64,000 nucleotides of DNA from Flectonema sp. DT1601 (taxonomy: Eukaryota): the NCBI GenBank assembly GCA_964019425.1, contig OZ025797.1, positions 186,001 through 250,000 on the forward strand, written 5' to 3'. The position numbers and the translations under genes were made by a program. The notes under the pieces are model-generated. The model was not told the origin of the DNA. It was given only the letters and a program-made list of their open reading frames with translations, and made no database searches. Positions 1 through 11,800 of this stretch are shown here, in pieces. Within the stretch, counting starts at the first letter, position 1, and each line of letters begins with the position of its first letter.

Positions 1-1151
1 TGTAAAATTAGGCATAGGGATATACTTTTAAACATGGTAAGTGCTGCTAAAAAGAGATAAACGTCTCTTTGAAAGATTTCCTTGGTACTACTCAATGATA
101 AATATTAATCCCAGACCTGGAATGGAAAGATCGAGAAAATCTGAGTAAAAAACACCCCTAATTTTTTTTTTTTACTAATTTTTTTTCCTTCTCCCGAACT
201 CAGGAGATATGCACCTTTTTGCTAACTAATCAACCCTAGTAGCAATTATGTAAGGAAAATGTTGCATCTATATAAAGAAAGTGTTTTCATTAAGTATCAA
301 AGTAGGTCCAAAAAGACAGGTAGTAACAATCTGCCTCACCGGCACATGCTGAGTACTCTTTAATATATTTTTGCTCGATTATTTTTTCTCTGAATCCCGC
401 TGGGTCAGCAGTGTAAAATTAGACCCTTCGATTAATTTTTAGTTTTGGTACTTGTCCACGGCTGAGCTGATTTAGTAAACCACAAAATCTCTTTTCTCAA
501 TTCGGGAGACAAGTATGTGATGCCAACCTCCCGATTTCGGACGGAAATGAACCGAACGATGCAGCGCATTAAAATGCCGCTTCGATCGAAATTTTTACAA
601 TTTTTTTTTGAAAAAATTTTTCAGTGTCCAGAATCTGTTCGCAAAAAAAAGGAATGACTGATATATATATTTTTTTTTTATTTCTAACCCTTTTTACAAT
701 AAACAAATTGGATACTCAAAGAGAGTAACAACTCACCCACACACAATCTAATTATCTTCTTACAGTCGATCCGATCTGGTACTCAGCCCAGATTGGATTC
801 GGTGTGCGCATTTAGAAGGGAGATCGCGCACTTTTAACAGTTTTTCCAACAGAGGTAACCTCAGGAATCCCAAACAGAATAGAAGGAAATATAATCCCAT
901 CTCCATACACGAGGATGAAGCACTGATCACATGTTTCAGCTGAACTCCGGATCTAAGTCCGAACACGCTTACATTAAAAAGAAAGTAGTAAAGAGCCATC
1001 CAGCAAGCTTAAAAAAAAAAAATTTAATACATTTAGCTACCGCAAGAAGGTTTTTTTTTTTTTTTAATATGTAAAAAAAAAAGAATAAAATAAAAAAAAA
1101 CTCTATAAGCATTTTTGTTTGCACAAAAAGAAATTGTTTTAAGCCGCATGG

Positions 1152-1186
<35 letters not shown>

Positions 1187-4100
1187 CATCGACACATAGG
1201 GTCCTCCGGGAGCTGGAATAACGGAGAACAAGTAAAGTAATTGCGCGCAATCTATAAAGTTTTTTTTTCTTAAAAGCTTATTGTAAAGTACAGAAAAAAA
1301 AGCTAAGACTGAATCCCACTCGCAACCCTTTTTTTTTTTTAAATTCGTACAAGTTATTTTTAACCAAAGTAAACAAGAAAAAAATGAGGGTCAACTTGAT
1401 ACTGTAATTAAATATAAAGCTACCGGGAAAAGCCCAGAAACAAAACCCCCTTTTTTAAAAAAAGAAAAGAAAAGCCCAGCCGCAGGGAATCTTCGTGAGG
1501 CACGAAAACTAGTTCGATGTGACGACTCTTTCATACGGAAATGATAAAAAAATTTTAAAAAAAAAAACGAAATTGCACAGAAATTTAAAAAAAAAGGGGG
1601 AACGGGAAAAAAAAAAAAAAAAAAAAACCCCTGTCCTTTAAAACCCTTTTTAATCATCTCAAACAAGACGAAAAATAATTAAAAAAAAAATTATTTCTGA
1701 TGATTAGTTTCTCTTTACTTGTAGCACATATCAACAACTGATTTACACGCGAGAAAAAGCCATCGCCGCTTTCAATTAGTTGGAGTAGTGTTATCATTCA
1801 TCGAGTTCATAAATAAAATAAAAAAAACGAGAAAACACTATTTTCATTCTTTCTCACGCTCTCTCTTATTTTTTATTTTTTTTTTTCCCCCTTCTCTGTT
1901 ATGACGAGGTCACAGCTGTGAAGCAAGCTATGGTTAACATATGCTGAACACGCTCAAACGAATGATCAATTCAGCAGCACTAAGGACGTGTGTCCCCTCG
2001 GAATACTAATTGACTAATTCAACGTTCTAAGCTCGTGTGGTCGGTTTTTATTTTATTTTTGTGATTGTTGAAGGTATACGAAATGAAGGTATGTAGATAT
2101 AAACCCTGTTACGCATGTAACAAGAAGGCGCACCGGGGAAAGGGGAAAGGGGAAGAGAAACAGAAGACCCGAACAAAACACTTATCGGCGACAGCCACAT
2201 GAAAAAAAAGAAATCGAATTCATACCTGCATCTTTGTTGTCTCCTTCTCCCTTTTTTTTTTTTTTTTTGACGATATTATTTTATCTACAGAATCACATAT
2301 AGAGACTCGCGTAAAATACGACACTCAAAGTCAAAAAAAAACGACGAAGTTTAAAAATCCCTCTCTCAACGTCAAAAACAGGGGGGTTTTTATTGAAGAA
2401 GTTAATCGTGATCAAATAAAAAAAAAAAAAAAAAGAACACACCGCACCCTGAATGAAATGTTTAAGCAAAAGTCCTTAAACCGTAAAAGTTAATAGCTAC
2501 TAGTGAATGAATGCAAACTTTGTAATTTTATTGATCAGTGAATTCGTAACAACGAATATATTCACCTACGAAAGGATATTTTTTAAATAAGATTTGTGAA
2601 ATTGATATTCAGTGACAACAGCAAACACAGAGGGAGACAATACAGGAGAGGAAAAAAAAAAAGAGGAAAAAAAAAACAACAAGGGTTAACCTGACTGTCG
2701 GAACACAAGCCACACTCAAAGTCAATGTAGTATAAGAAACAAGCAGGTCAAGTAAATAAGAATTCCCTATGGACTTAAGTAGCTTTCATTTCCTTAACTG
2801 GTACAACCAAGAGTTAGAGCTGAGAGTCCAGTTTGTTTTTTAACAGTTTTTTTGTTTCTTCCCCGGAGCACTTTTCTTGGAACACTGACAAAAGAAATTT
2901 TTAAAAAAAACTGTGAAGGAACGAACAGAGCCTGTTCCAGCACATACGCTCAAAGGGAATGGGGAGAGGGGAGGAGACAGAATAAAGCATTCTACGTGTT
3001 GCAGAATCGTGGTTGTTTAAAGAAAAAAAAGGTAAAGAAAATACATGCCATGTCTGACTCTTTCAAATTCCACAAACAAGTTTTAGGGCAACCCGAGGCT
3101 GTTGGAACAAAATGATAGTGAGTCGAGTGTCAATAATTTTTAAAAGAAAAAAAAAAAAAAAAAAAACAGAAGGAAAGCAGGCATTGATCACATTTCGCGC
3201 AACGAAAAAAAGTCGCTTGAAGGCTGTAAAACAAGGATGCCAAGCGATTCTCGTGCAGACAAATCTATACTCGCCTTGCTAACTATTTTTGTGTTTTTTT
3301 TTTTTTTTTTTCAATGAATGGTATCAGCAAAGGGAACCGCCGTGTCCCCTGTCTTTGCACAATTAAAGGGGCGTAACAGCCACCTCTAGCTGTGCAAAGA
3401 GGTCAGAGAAGGTCTATAGTCGGGAAGTGTGATATTGACAACTGTTAATATCATAACAAAGACAGGGAGTGATGATCTGCTCATTTATTTTGTTTCATTC
3501 TCCCTCACTACGGCCAACTATGTTGAAGGTCAAAAATCAAAATGGGTTCATCTCCAGTAGCAGGAGAAAAATAACAGAAAAAAGTAAAAATGAAACGAAC
3601 AGAGAAAACTACACAGAGACGTCATCAGTTTTCTTTTTCAAATAAAATAGATTCAGGATTCTGACGAGACAATCCACATGAATAACGTTTCTTTTTTTTT
3701 TCAACCAAAAAAAAGAAAAAAAGAAAAAAAAAAGTCAATACTCGGTTGGAAGAAACATAATTCGTAAAGTGATATAAAAAATTCTGATTTGAAAACTCAC
3801 TAACGAGTTGTAATGTAATTATAGCCAGTTGGGATCCTCAACTGGTACTATCTCAACATTTCATTGTAAAGAAGACAATACCAGGAAAAAATATATTTAA
3901 AAAAAAAAAAAAAAAAGAAGGAAGAAAAATTACTAATGCTCGAGAGTGCCAAGACACCCCGACGTGGTAGTTCGTGTAAAGTCTTTTATTTCACCTTCAT
4001 CCAACTGGACATGAGAACACAAAAACGTGTCCAACAGCAGTGATGGACATTAAATCTCTTTCAGGTTGCGCGCTAGCGGAACGACAAAAAAAAACAAAAA

Positions 4101-4508
4101 AAAAAAAAATCGATAAAAATGTAAAATCTACAATTCTTCGCACCGTACCACAATGGATATTTTTTTTTTTTTTTTTTTGATCAGTCACTTTTGAGAACAA
4201 ATTATCGACAATCCACTCAATAAGTCACCTTTGATGACATATCGAACAATAGGAGAATGGAGTTCTCTAATGAAACACCTTCACATAACGATAAGAGAGG
4301 GGGGTTAACTGTTTGATTTTGTACGTAAAATACGATAAGAGAGGGGGGGGGAAGAGAAGGGGAATTTTTTGATTTTGATTTTTATTTATTTTTATTTTCT
4401 TGAGAAACCCGAATATTACAACATGTCCTTACTTCCCTGTTCCGAATGAACAGGGCCACCCCCCAGTAGTTTTATTGCTCTACGGCTACCTTGAGGAAAA
4501 CACTTAGA

Positions 4509-4886
4509 CAGGTCTATTAAAACAGTGCTTTTCCTGTTGTTTTCATTATTAGAAACGCTGACATAGTTCTACGATGGGCTTGATGAAGGTACATATGGCT
4601 GTGCCTTGTACCTAGGTTTACTTGCACTACAACAGTTATATCAAAAAAAAAAAGAGAAACGCTGTGTGGACTTAGTTGCAGGTACACAAGGCTGTGCCTT
4701 GTTCCTGTTGTAGTTTTGATTAAGTAGTTCCTTCACACGCTCACGCGAAAAGAGCTTAGCAACGATTGAAGAAACGTATATTATAACAGTTACACAAGGC
4801 TGTGCCTTGCCCTATTCCATGTCCTTCCCAAGAACAACAGCAAAACTGTTTTTATTATAGGTTCACAAAGCTGTGCCTTGTTCCTG
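4509..4886 (-). repeat. Array of 4 (+1 degenerate) ~28-nt stem-loops with core ACAAGG-CACAG-CCTTGT, separated by unique spacers
   Basis: + strand copies at ~4587 (aggtacatatggctgtgccttgtacct), ~4679 (caggtacacaaggctgtgccttgttcctg), ~4787 and ~4858, with a degenerate copy at ~4509. Two A.C oppositions on + become G-U pairs on -. Confidence 0.7.
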
Positions 4887-5093
4887 TTTCTATATACAAG
4901 AAACTAATTAATAGTAATTCACAACTTACATGTCGATGAGTTGCTACTAAACACGAAAAGGAAAAAAAGGGGGAAAAACACATCTGTGCATATGAACACC
5001 AACTTTTATTTTTTTTTAAAAAAAAGAAGAAATTTATTTTTTTATCTTGACTCTGTCAGAGATGACAACTTACGTTGAAACACTTCACAGCTA

Positions 5094-5407
5094 TCAACAC
5101 ATTCTAGACGACATCACATCATGCCACGGTCCGACAGATGCAAAGGGAGCACATTTTGGGTGGTCTGGAATCAGTAAAGATGGAAGACCAGAACCACAAC
5201 GACGAGAAGGAACCGGCTGTGGAACAAATGGACTGTTGTGTAATTATTTAAATTTATAAAAAAAATAATCAAAAAAAAAATAAAGATAAAGACATACACA
5301 GCCTTAGGATTTAGATTTCTAGTTTCCATCGAATCGTCGTAGTCGTCAGCCCAGTTGGTTCTCTGCGGCTCAGTTTCAAGAGTTGTTGGGTATTGAACTG
5401 CAGTCAT
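5094..5407 (-). CDS. 82-aa PAM2-motif (PABP-interacting) microprotein; exons 5407-5298 and 5232-5094
   Basis: The GTATG...ACAACAG intron joins ...NWADDYDD...RNLNPKA to VPFVPQP..., creating LNPKAVPFVP, which matches the PAM2 consensus LNPNAKEFVP across the junction. A U-rich AG lies just upstream of the ATG. Confidence 0.7.
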
Positions 5408-5842
5408 ATTGTGTAAGAGAAGTGCCACTCCTTTAAGAAGAAAAAAACATGAAAAAATACTTCAAAACGACAATTGTAAAAAGTAAAAACAAAACCCAAC
5501 CAACTACTACAATGAGATTTACAGAAAGAAAAAAGAAAAAAAAAAAAAGAAAAGCCGGAGATCAGATGATCCCAATCATTAAAAAATCTGAATTGGTACA
5601 AAAAAAAAAAAACGGCGACAACGGAGAGCTGCAGAACAAATTTAATCCCCTGCTGGAAAGATGTCTCCTCAGCATGTCGTAAAACAGATAATTGACCAGG
5701 CAAACTACTGGTGAAAAGTCCACACAGAATGAAGAAAGAATACGGAAATAAAAAACAGCAGCTGCATTAATTAAAGAACCAAGTGATGGTATTTATCAAT
5801 GTTTTTGACTACTTCTCAGAAGCCGAAGATTAAAATATGTTT

Positions 5843-8800
5843 TTAAAAAAAGTTTGACAACCTACCCATCAACCCCTCTACTCTACTGGGTGTCGTTTCT
5901 GCGATAGAAGAGACCTGAAATGACTCATCAGTAGCAGTAGCATTTTGGGTATTGTCACCACCGTCATCATCACAACAGGTAAAATTATCACCAACAGACG
6001 TTACTGAAACAGGTTCCGTACGGCGGCTATCTTCCCGGATGAGAGGAGAACTAACTGGTGGTGAATTTAATAACGACGCATACTTTTGAATGTATTCTGT
6101 TGGTGTTAAGAACGCCCTCTCTGGTTGTGTTACTCGCGCAGGCGTCATATCAACGCTCTCTTCACTAACTTCTGTTGGTGACTGACGACGAGGTGACGGT
6201 GATCGAGAAGAAGAACGAGAACGGTTGGGTGATTTAAATATATTTAACGGGTCTTCCACGGCCACTACATTTCTCATTAAATTAGGATCCCTTCGAGTTG
6301 GTTGAGTGAATCTCTCTTCCAAACATGTTACGGAACCCCCTCCAGTTGATAAGGTCACAGAGTTTGTTCCTCCAGACGTACCTGGGACTTGGGCAGTAAA
6401 TGAAGCTCTTATCTTTACAGCTATTTCCTGAACCAGACCAGTTTCTGTTCGTCTTCTCACTGTTAGGGAAATATATTCACCCGGCCTCGATAGCTCAATG
6501 GCACGCCTGAAATCGTCAAACGAGCTCATTTGCTCCGATCCCACAAACGTAACCACATCATTCGTCTTTACAAAAGGAGAAGCTGGAGGAGCAGCGTGAA
6601 CTACTCTTAACCCAACATAAGAAATAACTTCAGCATCAACGTGGATGGACTCCGATAAACTGAGTCCAAATTTTGGAAAGGCAGTACTTTGGTGAGGTGA
6701 GAATACCATTGACGAACGGCGTGATCGAGACGGAGGTGTTTTACTTTTTATTCTCCTCCCTGGCCCTGGTGATGTCGAAGTTGTTTTTCTTACCGATCGA
6801 GTAGTAGCTGAGGGTGATTGAGAATGTTCCTTTCTGTGGTCCCGAATTTGTTTCATTCCACTTCTGATGAATCCTACATCAGACTTTATACTCGTCAATG
6901 TCTCTGCTGGTCTTGTTGATCTTTGAGGAGATCTTCCTCTTTCCGGCTTCACAACTGCCACACCTTCGGATGCCATTAGTGATTCTAAAGCTGCCTTTAG
7001 CTGTTGAACACTTGCGTGAAGACGTGTAACAGTTTCTTTGTCTGCTACGCTTTCATCTTTCCTGCCGTGTGCTGATTCTAGAATAGCATCTCTTGAGGTG
7101 ATTGCATCTGATAGTTGGATCTTTAATTCTCTAATTAATTTATCTTTTTGAATATCTTTATCAAGTTGTTGTTGTGGTCCTCTTTGAGTAGCCTGATATA
7201 ATTGTTGCTCAAGACTACTGATCCTGGCAGTAAGACGAGCTTCCTTTTCTCTTTTTGGAGATGATTGTGACAGAGAGCGAAGTCTGTAGTGAAGGTTGTC
7301 ATACTCACTTTGCAGTTCTTTTATTTGATTATTTGTTAACAGGGGTTTGGATCCTAAACCAGTCGGTAAAGTTATGACCAGCTCACATTTCTTTGAAAGC
7401 GACTGTGCCAACGCCCGTGCCGCTTGTCCCTCACTGTGAATCTCTTCTCCGTTTACCTGCTGGATTGTAGTTCCTTCAACAAGTCCAGCCCTCTCTGCTG
7501 CAGACCCAGGGGTTACTGATGATATGGTAGTCCCCTGCAATATCACTCCGAATTGTTTATTTCCTCCGATGTTCGATTCCGTGTCAAGAACTATTTTTGA
7601 TTGAGTTCTCATTTCAGAAGACCGAACAGACAAAGTATTTTGATTATTCGGATTCTCAACAGAAATGATATCGCGAGGAGAAGAGCTCTCGTTAAGAGGA
7701 ACCGACAGGACAGTCATGTGGATTTGTGTTGAAGAGCTGAGGACTTTAACAACGTCATCTGATGTGGTGACTGATTCGCCGTTTATTGATAATATTATAC
7801 TTCCTTGGGTTATTCCTGATTCAGAGGCTGGTGACTCAGGTGTTATTTCTACTATGCATAATCCGTGGATTGCGAGACCAAAATCAGAAGAGTTAGAACG
7901 ACTCATGACGACACTTCTTTGTGATAAAACTGATTGTAATCCAGATAATGTTTGTAACTCTTCTTCTTTACCAGGTGATAGAACTTCAATATCCATTATT
8001 GTTTGTGATGAGAGAGCGGATTCAACTTCTGCTTTAGTTTTAACACCTTGACCAGCAATGCTTACAATGACTTGACCTGGTCGAAGACCTGCAGCTTCAG
8101 CAACAGAACCCCTAGTGATTGAAGTTATTGTGGTACCAACTAACTGGATACCAGAGCCACAAGTACTGTCGTTTGGTTTTTCTATTCTTCGAATGGAAGA
8201 GGATGCGTTAGCTGTTAGTGCTTTCTGGACTTGCTGAACTTTTTCTTCACATTGCAACATTTCATCTGTATCAACTCTCGTAAACACACATGACGTAGTC
8301 AGATCCAGGGGATCTGACTGTTCTCTTCCTTCCGGGAATAGAACGGTCATATTACACTCTTGTATTAAATTAGGTGACTCTGATCGTCTAATAGCATAAG
8401 ATAACGATTCAATTAATTCCTCCTCAGTAGCAGCACAGTGAACAGCATCACCTTGAATATGACTAATCCGACATCCTTTAACAAATCCAAACTTCTCTGC
8501 TCCAGAGTTTGGTTGAACCGAAATGACGGTGGTTCCAACCAGTTCGAGTCCGTCTAAAAATTGCTGGGCGTGTTCGAATGCTGGATCAAGAGCACCTGGA
8601 TTGGATGATAGCGATGCTGGTATTTTTATGTTTTTTGATGTCATCGGTTGGGCTTTCAATTCCGATTCTAACCTGCTGGCCATTATAGAAGCCTCTGAGT
8701 AGAGAACTGTCATCCTGCATTCTTCTAACAGACGTGGCGAACCCGCAGAAAGAGAAGCTGCTTCACTCGAAGAAGCAAAAAGAGCAATCAATTCCTCTCT

Positions 8801-11800
8801 TGATGTGTCGCGTGTTATTTTAATACCAGCTACTTCACTTATACGACATCCCTTAGTAAGTCCTGACTGTTCAGCTTCACTGTTTGGTGTGACTGAAGTA
8901 ATTGTAGTTCCAGTAAGTTGAACACCACCAAAGAAGTTACGCGCCTCTTCTAACGTTGACGCTCTACTCCGCGTAGGACTATCTAATTTTAATGAAACGT
9001 GTTTGGGGATCATGGGTTGAGCCTGCAATTCAGTTTCAAGCTGCGAAGCTTTCTCCGCCACTGCTGGAACAAGTGCAACTATCGATAATGTATCCTTATT
9101 AGAGTTCAATACAGCTCTGCGAAAATCATTTTCAGAGTGAAGACGAGTACCGTTGATGGATATTATTTTCGACCCCGGCAAGAGACCGGTCGAAGCATTT
9201 GCAGATTTCACTACAGTAGTCTTGCTTTCAAAAACAATATCGTCATCGCTCGCATTTTCATTTTGAAGTGTTATAATTCTTTTTACGTAATTACTCGTGT
9301 TGTCTTTAATAGAACCTTCTAAGAGTGCAACATGAAGTTCCTCTGAAACAGGAAGAACACGTAAATCTGTCGGGTGGATGTCAGCCCGCTGAATACCTCC
9401 AACGGCATTGAAATCCGGCCACTCAACTTGATAAAGACCGTCATCAGTTGTAGACACAACAGTAGCTCTGTACCAAATAGCTTTCCGACCTTGAGTTCGA
9501 ACTTCAACAGGTGTTCCCGGAGGAACAGATGTAGGTCCATGTTGAGGACCACCTGCTAAAACTCTTCCAATTTCCATAGATGCCTGCAGAGCATCTTGCT
9601 TACAAGCATTGCTGAAAGATACAAGACTGCTTCCCCCCAGAACACCAACACATTTTAAATTAATAACCAAAGTACCAACAGGTAGATCGAGTTCAGCTCC
9701 ATCACCAATACTCTGAACAGTAAATGATGTCAGAGGTGGGAGTAGCAGTTCTGCTTCTTTTGGGTACTTTGAAATACTCTGTAATGGAAGTCCCCATTTA
9801 GATCCAGAAATTCTAAATAAAATTGATTTACCGGCTTTCTTATTAGCATTGGCAGCATCCCCTCTGATGTACGCTTCGGAAACTGATGGATCGACAGCGC
9901 ATGAGGAAGGGGCTGGCCAATGAAGGCTAGAGCCAATAGCCATACTCTTATGTGCGTTATAGACTTCATCAGGTAGACCTGTGATACCTCTAGCTAAGAC
10001 TAAGTCATCACTGGATGCTGGATCTCCAGCTTTCCAAGATGCTAGAAACTCATCTCTCGTTATAATATCTGTACCAGGACCCTCATCCCAATCAACTGAA
10101 TGAGACCCAACACGAGATCTAACTGCTGGGTGTGTTCTCATGTGTTGGCGGAGTTGATGTTTTGTTACGTGTCCACAATTCTTAACATCAATTCGATCGA
10201 ATATCACAGAGCCATCACCTCCCCTCTCATCAGAACATAAAGCCAACAAAAGTCCCAAATATTTAACCCACTTGTGAATTGTCCCCCAGGCCTCAGATTT
10301 CTGCTCGCTAATTTGTGAAACAGCTGTCCTACCCGCCCAGTTGATAGCACCAAAGACTGCGCCGTTTCTATTTTTGTGGGCCATGCAGTAGGTATTCCAC
10401 TCATCTTGTGCCTCGGACTCAAATATAGGAACATTATCAAATTTCAAAAGAGAATCAATATCAGGTCCAGCCATAGTGTAACTTCCCATTACTAAGAGTT
10501 CTACCATGTTTCTATCAGGGTAAGCTCCTCCTTTAGTACGATGCAAGTCAACAGCAGCTTCAGCTATGATTTTCATTGGATCTTCAGAGTTCGGAACGAT
10601 TAAGTTCTCGGCCAACTCTTCCAGAATAGAACAGCTTTTCCCATGCCACTCAGTGACGATCTTATCTCCAAAGTCACGTAGTTCAGACTGAGATTCAATA
10701 ATACAATAAGAATCAGATCCACTTTTTGTGTTAGGACACATTGATAGAGACACTGGGAGATCAGACCCTCGATGTTGTTTTACTGTTACACAAAAGGCTT
10801 TATCAGTATTCTTCATTGCTAACATTGCTTCTTCTTGTGAGTTGACTGCAGTTCCATCAACAGCAAGAAGCTTTGATCCAGGAGTAATCCCAGCTAGTTC
10901 TGCAAGACTACCAGGTTGGACGATAAGTACGTTCATATTATCATCTAATGAGATGCCGGTATCTATTCCTTTACTTGCTGGAACTACAAGAGTTCGCATG
11001 TCTGTTGAAAACGGAGGGAGCTCGTTGTGTTCAACTACTCTAACATTACCAGCGTCAATCCACATTTCATTATCTTGTGTCATCCAAATAGTATCTGAGA
11101 AAGTTGTCGGATCCTTTCCAAGATGTTCCATATCTGTTATAAGTTCAGGAGTGTTGTTGGACATATCGAAGGGTGAAGAAGCAATAGCCCATCGTCTATC
11201 AGGTGTTGAGTATAAATACCAACGAGATCCGTCTTCAGTTTCTCGTTCCCAAACTGGAAAACCACCAACCGAATGACCAAGAACTAAATTATACCAACCA
11301 GCTGCTTGAGATTGTTGTATCGGTGGTGTTATGAAGAGACCAGCACAAATGCGAGGTAATTCTGTTGTTGAGCAGTTGTCTGTTTTACTTATGGTGATCG
11401 AGACTTTCCCGTCGGGTGATGAGGACAGCGCAGCTTCTACGTCAGTAATATTTGATACCTGTCGACCATTAACAGTTAGAAGCCTTGAACCCATTGGAAT
11501 ATCACCAGCTATGCTGTCTTTCATAACTCCAGTTACGACTAATCCTGGTCCTAAAGTAATTCCCATATCTGATATACTTCTTCTGGATAATTCATCGGAA
11601 ACTGATAACTTAACACTCGCCATTCTTCTTGAGGCTCGTGAGATGCTTCTCATCTTACAACTGGAGAGCATCTTTCGAAGTTTTTCTTCTGCTGCGATGC
11701 GGCGTTTCTCGGCGTTAGCTCTCTGCTTCTCAGCTTTTTGCTTATTATCAATTGCAGTGTGTTTCCGTGATATTGGAATAGGCTGAGCACTCTTTGAAAT

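Noticed and set aside
4509..4886. Iron-responsive elements or a CRISPR array
   Set aside because: CAGTGC occurs in only one copy and on the strand opposite to the genes. The context is eukaryotic, spacers are irregular, and there are no cas genes.
5091..5099. C-terminal Cys-Sec (TGT TGA TAG) in the microprotein
   Set aside because: No convincing SECIS (AUGA..AA..GA) was found downstream, and tandem stops are common.
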